Of a stretch of DNA of 64,000 nucleotides, positions 61,243 to 64,000 are shown piece after piece; the stretch's first letter is position 1; each line of letters begins with the position of its first letter. Made by a program: the position numbers and the translations under genes. This stretch comes from Mustelus asterias (taxonomy: Eukaryota). The notes below the pieces were generated by a model. It was not told the origin of the DNA, made no database searches, and worked only from the letters and a program-made list of their open reading frames with translations. Location of the stretch: NCBI RefSeq assembly GCF_964213995.1, contig NW_027590261.1:1-64000 (forward strand). The letters are read 5' to 3'.

Positions 61243-61386
61243 NNNNNNNNNNNNNNNNNNNNNNNNNNNNNNNNNNNNNNNNNNNNNNNNNNNNNNNNNN
61301 NNNNNNNNNNNNNNNNNNNNNNNNNNNNNNNNNNNNNNNNNNNNNNNNNNNNNNNNNNNNNNNNNNNNNNNNNNNNNNNNNNNNNN
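61243..61386. other. assembly gap (144 N)
   Basis: Run of n; contiguity across it is unverified. Confidence 0.99.
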
Positions 61387-61452
61387 CGTGTGTGTTTATT
61401 ACTGTGTGCGTCTGAGTGTTACTGGGTGAGAATATCTGTTTCTGTGTGTTTT

Positions 61453-61965
61453 CATAGAATCCTAGACTCCTACAGTGCAGAAGGAGACCATTTGGCCCAT
61501 TGAGTCTTCACCGACCACAATCCCACTCAGGCCCTATCCCCATTACCCCATGCATTTACCCGAGCTAGTCTCCCTGACGCGGAGGGACAATTTAGCACGG
61601 CCAATGCACCCGAACCAGAACGTCTTTCAGTCTGTGGGAGGAAACCGGAGCACCCGGAGGAAACCCACGCAGACACGGGGAGAACGTGCAAACTCCGCAC
61701 AGACAGTGACCCAAGGTGGGAACCGAACCCGAGTCCCTGGCACTGTGAGGCAGCAGTGCTAACTGTGTGTTTGGTTTGTGTGTGTGTTTATTGTGTTTGT
61801 GTGTGTGTTTTATGTGTGTTTGTTGTGTGTGTGCGTGTTTTGTGTGTGTTTGTTGTGTGTGTGCGTGTTTTGTGTGTGTGCGTGTTTTATGTGTGTTTGT
61901 GTGTGCGTGCTTTGTGTGTGTGCGTGTTTTGTGTGTGTTGGTGTGTGCGTGTTTTGTGTGCATAC
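61453..61965 (-). mobile_element. HE1-like SINE (61453-61765) followed by a degenerate (TG)n tract
   Basis: Reverse SINE consensus, then TG-rich low-complexity sequence. Confidence 0.85.
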
Positions 61966-63634
61966 GTGCACCATGATCTGTTTGAATGCTGGCGCAGGAT
62001 CGATGGGTCAAATGGCCTACACCTGCTCCTATTTTCCTTTGAGATTTAAATACATTGACACACATGCACGCTGACACACACACACAGAAAGATATACACA
62101 GTGTTGATGTATTTATTCACCACTTAATGTGACTGAATGCTACACATCCCAGTTTACCAAAGACACACAATATTCAGCAGCATTGTAAACAGCGCAGCTG
62201 GAAACATCAAATTGGGGATTTGGTTTGAAAAAGGGTCAAAGCCTCTCTTGCTAAAGGCTGTTTGTCTATATTGTGCTGACAGTGATACACTGCCATCCTC
62301 TGCTGCCTGCTGGACATTGCTCCAGCCGCAGAGAGAGTGAAGTAGATCAGAAACTCACTGGGAGAGAATGCAGCTTCACACAGTATCCATCCAAAATGAC
62401 AGGAGCATCAGCACACACACAAGCTCCATGTGGAGACAGAGAGGGGCTCAGTGTGGAACACAAACCTTCACACTAAACCTGGAAGGACATTGATAAAGAG
62501 TTTAAAACAAAACTTCAGCAAATGTTTTGAAACATTTTGGTCCGTGGAAAAGTGCAGTGTGTAAAAAGCTGAAGATGTTTCCATTTCACATCTTCCTGCT
62601 TTGGGGAAATGGGTTATCTTTGCATTTACAAGGATATGGGGAGGGAGGTGTTTGAATGGACATTCAGCTTTTTGGGTGATTAAAGTGTTAATTTGTTTCC
62701 AGAAGCTGTTTACAGTGATTGTCCCGAGAGATTGTATTGTTTCAGTGATGTCGACGTCTCCAATACTTCAGACAGAGGAAGGAAACAATATACAAAAGGA
62801 AAGATTGGGGGAATCACTACATTGAGGGTGTGAGGCCTCATCACTCTCTGTCTGGTTTTGTTCTGAAATCTTTACATTTTTAAACATTGAAACCTCTTGC
62901 CCTTGTTGGGAATATCAGTGTGGTTTGAGAAAAGCAAACACTGATCCCACACTAAACACCCCCCCCCAACACAGGACTGAGCAGAGAGTGTGAAATGTGA
63001 CTGGTGTCAGAGTGGATTGTCAAACAGAAGGGATTTGAAAAATCTCTAAATGATTCATTGATTAAAAACTCTAACATTAATGTCCCGCATCATAAACATC
63101 TGCTTCATTATTGTATCTTTCTTTTACAGATCAAGTGATGGGTTGAATTTTGGATGGTGTAGATTTCCCTCAGCTGATTATTAAGCTTTCTGATTGACAC
63201 AAATACAATATCTGCTGTCGGTGACTCCAACAGTGAAATTCTCTCAGTTTATCATTCTGAATCTGTCACTGAGACAATTGTGGGCGGTAGTTCAGTTTTC
63301 AGTGTGAAATGTAGAAGGCAACTTTTGTTGTAATGTAATTGTAGTTAATAGTTTTCCTGTAGTTTAAATCTCAGGTATAAATTAATAACTTTTCTCTTTC
63401 CTTATTCACAATTGTTCATTTCCCGTGATGTTGAGCTCTGGTTTTCTCTTTCTGGTGTCTGGTACAGCTGTACAGATATTGGGCAGCTCAGAGCGCGGGG
63501 GGGTCTGATCTCATTGTGAAGCTCAAAGGTCAGATTCACTTTTGTTAACTTTAAAATCAATTTTCCTGTCAAATATTCTCTGAATTTTTAAATAAATATT
63601 GAATGGAAAATTAAATCTGACTTTGCCAAACTCT

Positions 63635-63852
63635 CTTTCTGTATTTCTCTGTTAGTGTGTTTATGTGTGCGTCTCTCTGTGTCTCTATCTCTCTGTGTAT
63701 CTGTGTGTCTCTCTGTCTCTGTACTTCTCTGGATCTGTGTCTCTCTCTCTGCCTCTGTGTGTATATCTCTCTATGTATCTGTGTGTGTCTCTCTGTCTCT
63801 GCATTTCTCTGTATCTGTCTCTATCTCTGTGTTTCTCTGTCTCTGTGTGTCT
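63635..63852. repeat. (TC)/(TG) low-complexity tract
   Basis: Directly visible in the sequence. Confidence 0.9.
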
Positions 63853-64000
63853 CGATGCTAAGGGCCTAGTATTTCAGGCTCTGACCTGAACCTACAATCT
63901 CTCTGACTCTGAGCGAAGATGACTACATTGAAGGTGTGAGGCCTCATCACTTTCTGTCTGGTTTAGTTTTGTAATGTTTACATGTTTAAACACTGAAACC

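Noticed and set aside
481-61765. tRNA-like heads and the many 60-100-aa ORFs such as MVSTAASQLQGPGFDS
   Set aside because: These are A/B-box heads and chance ORFs of a high-copy SINE. No full cloverleaf tRNA gene was seen.
62230-62480. Minus-strand signal-peptide-like MELVCVLMLLSFW and V-like FLIYFTLS...AVYHCQH
   Set aside because: There is no first Cys/Trp framework, the implied intron is only ~24 nt, and no properly spaced RSS follows. Too weak to call an Ig relic.
61592-63889. Cys/Val- or His/Thr-rich ORFs
   Set aside because: These are translations of (TG)n and (TC)n low-complexity tracts.

Overview
This is eukaryotic DNA, almost certainly from a shark. The taxon is inferred from HE1-type tRNA SINEs, esterase-ORF1 CR1 LINEs, Penelope elements and shark-like TCR V segments. 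It is not prokaryotic, so most short ORFs in the track are noise. Bases ~2.3-11.3 kb look like the edge of a T-cell receptor alpha/delta V array. It holds one intact V (leader, V exon, 23-RSS), one V broken by a single 1-nt frameshift, and at least three V pseudogenes or relics in mixed orientation. Four CTCF-like motifs lie among them, and I found no D, J or C segment. Bases ~17.4-53.6 kb are a tandem cluster of KRAB-less C2H2 zinc-finger genes: four with open ATG-led ORFs, one that lost its ATG, one pseudogene, plus fragments. They share a splice-acceptor/leader module, a 3' UTR, CpG-rich NRF1/YY1/ETS/ZNF143-type promoters and a recurring atypical finger doublet. The rest is dense, nested retroelement sequence, including a young CR1 with an intact 958-aa ORF2 and a Penelope RT/GIY-YIG element with a hammerhead core, plus satellites and a 144-N gap. 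The most interesting leads are a ZNF pseudogene with a ~345-bp inverted self-copy that could make hairpin RNA against the family, the conserved non-KRAB ZNF architecture, and CTCF sites positioned beside shark TCR V segments. Repeat boundaries were read by eye and are approximate.
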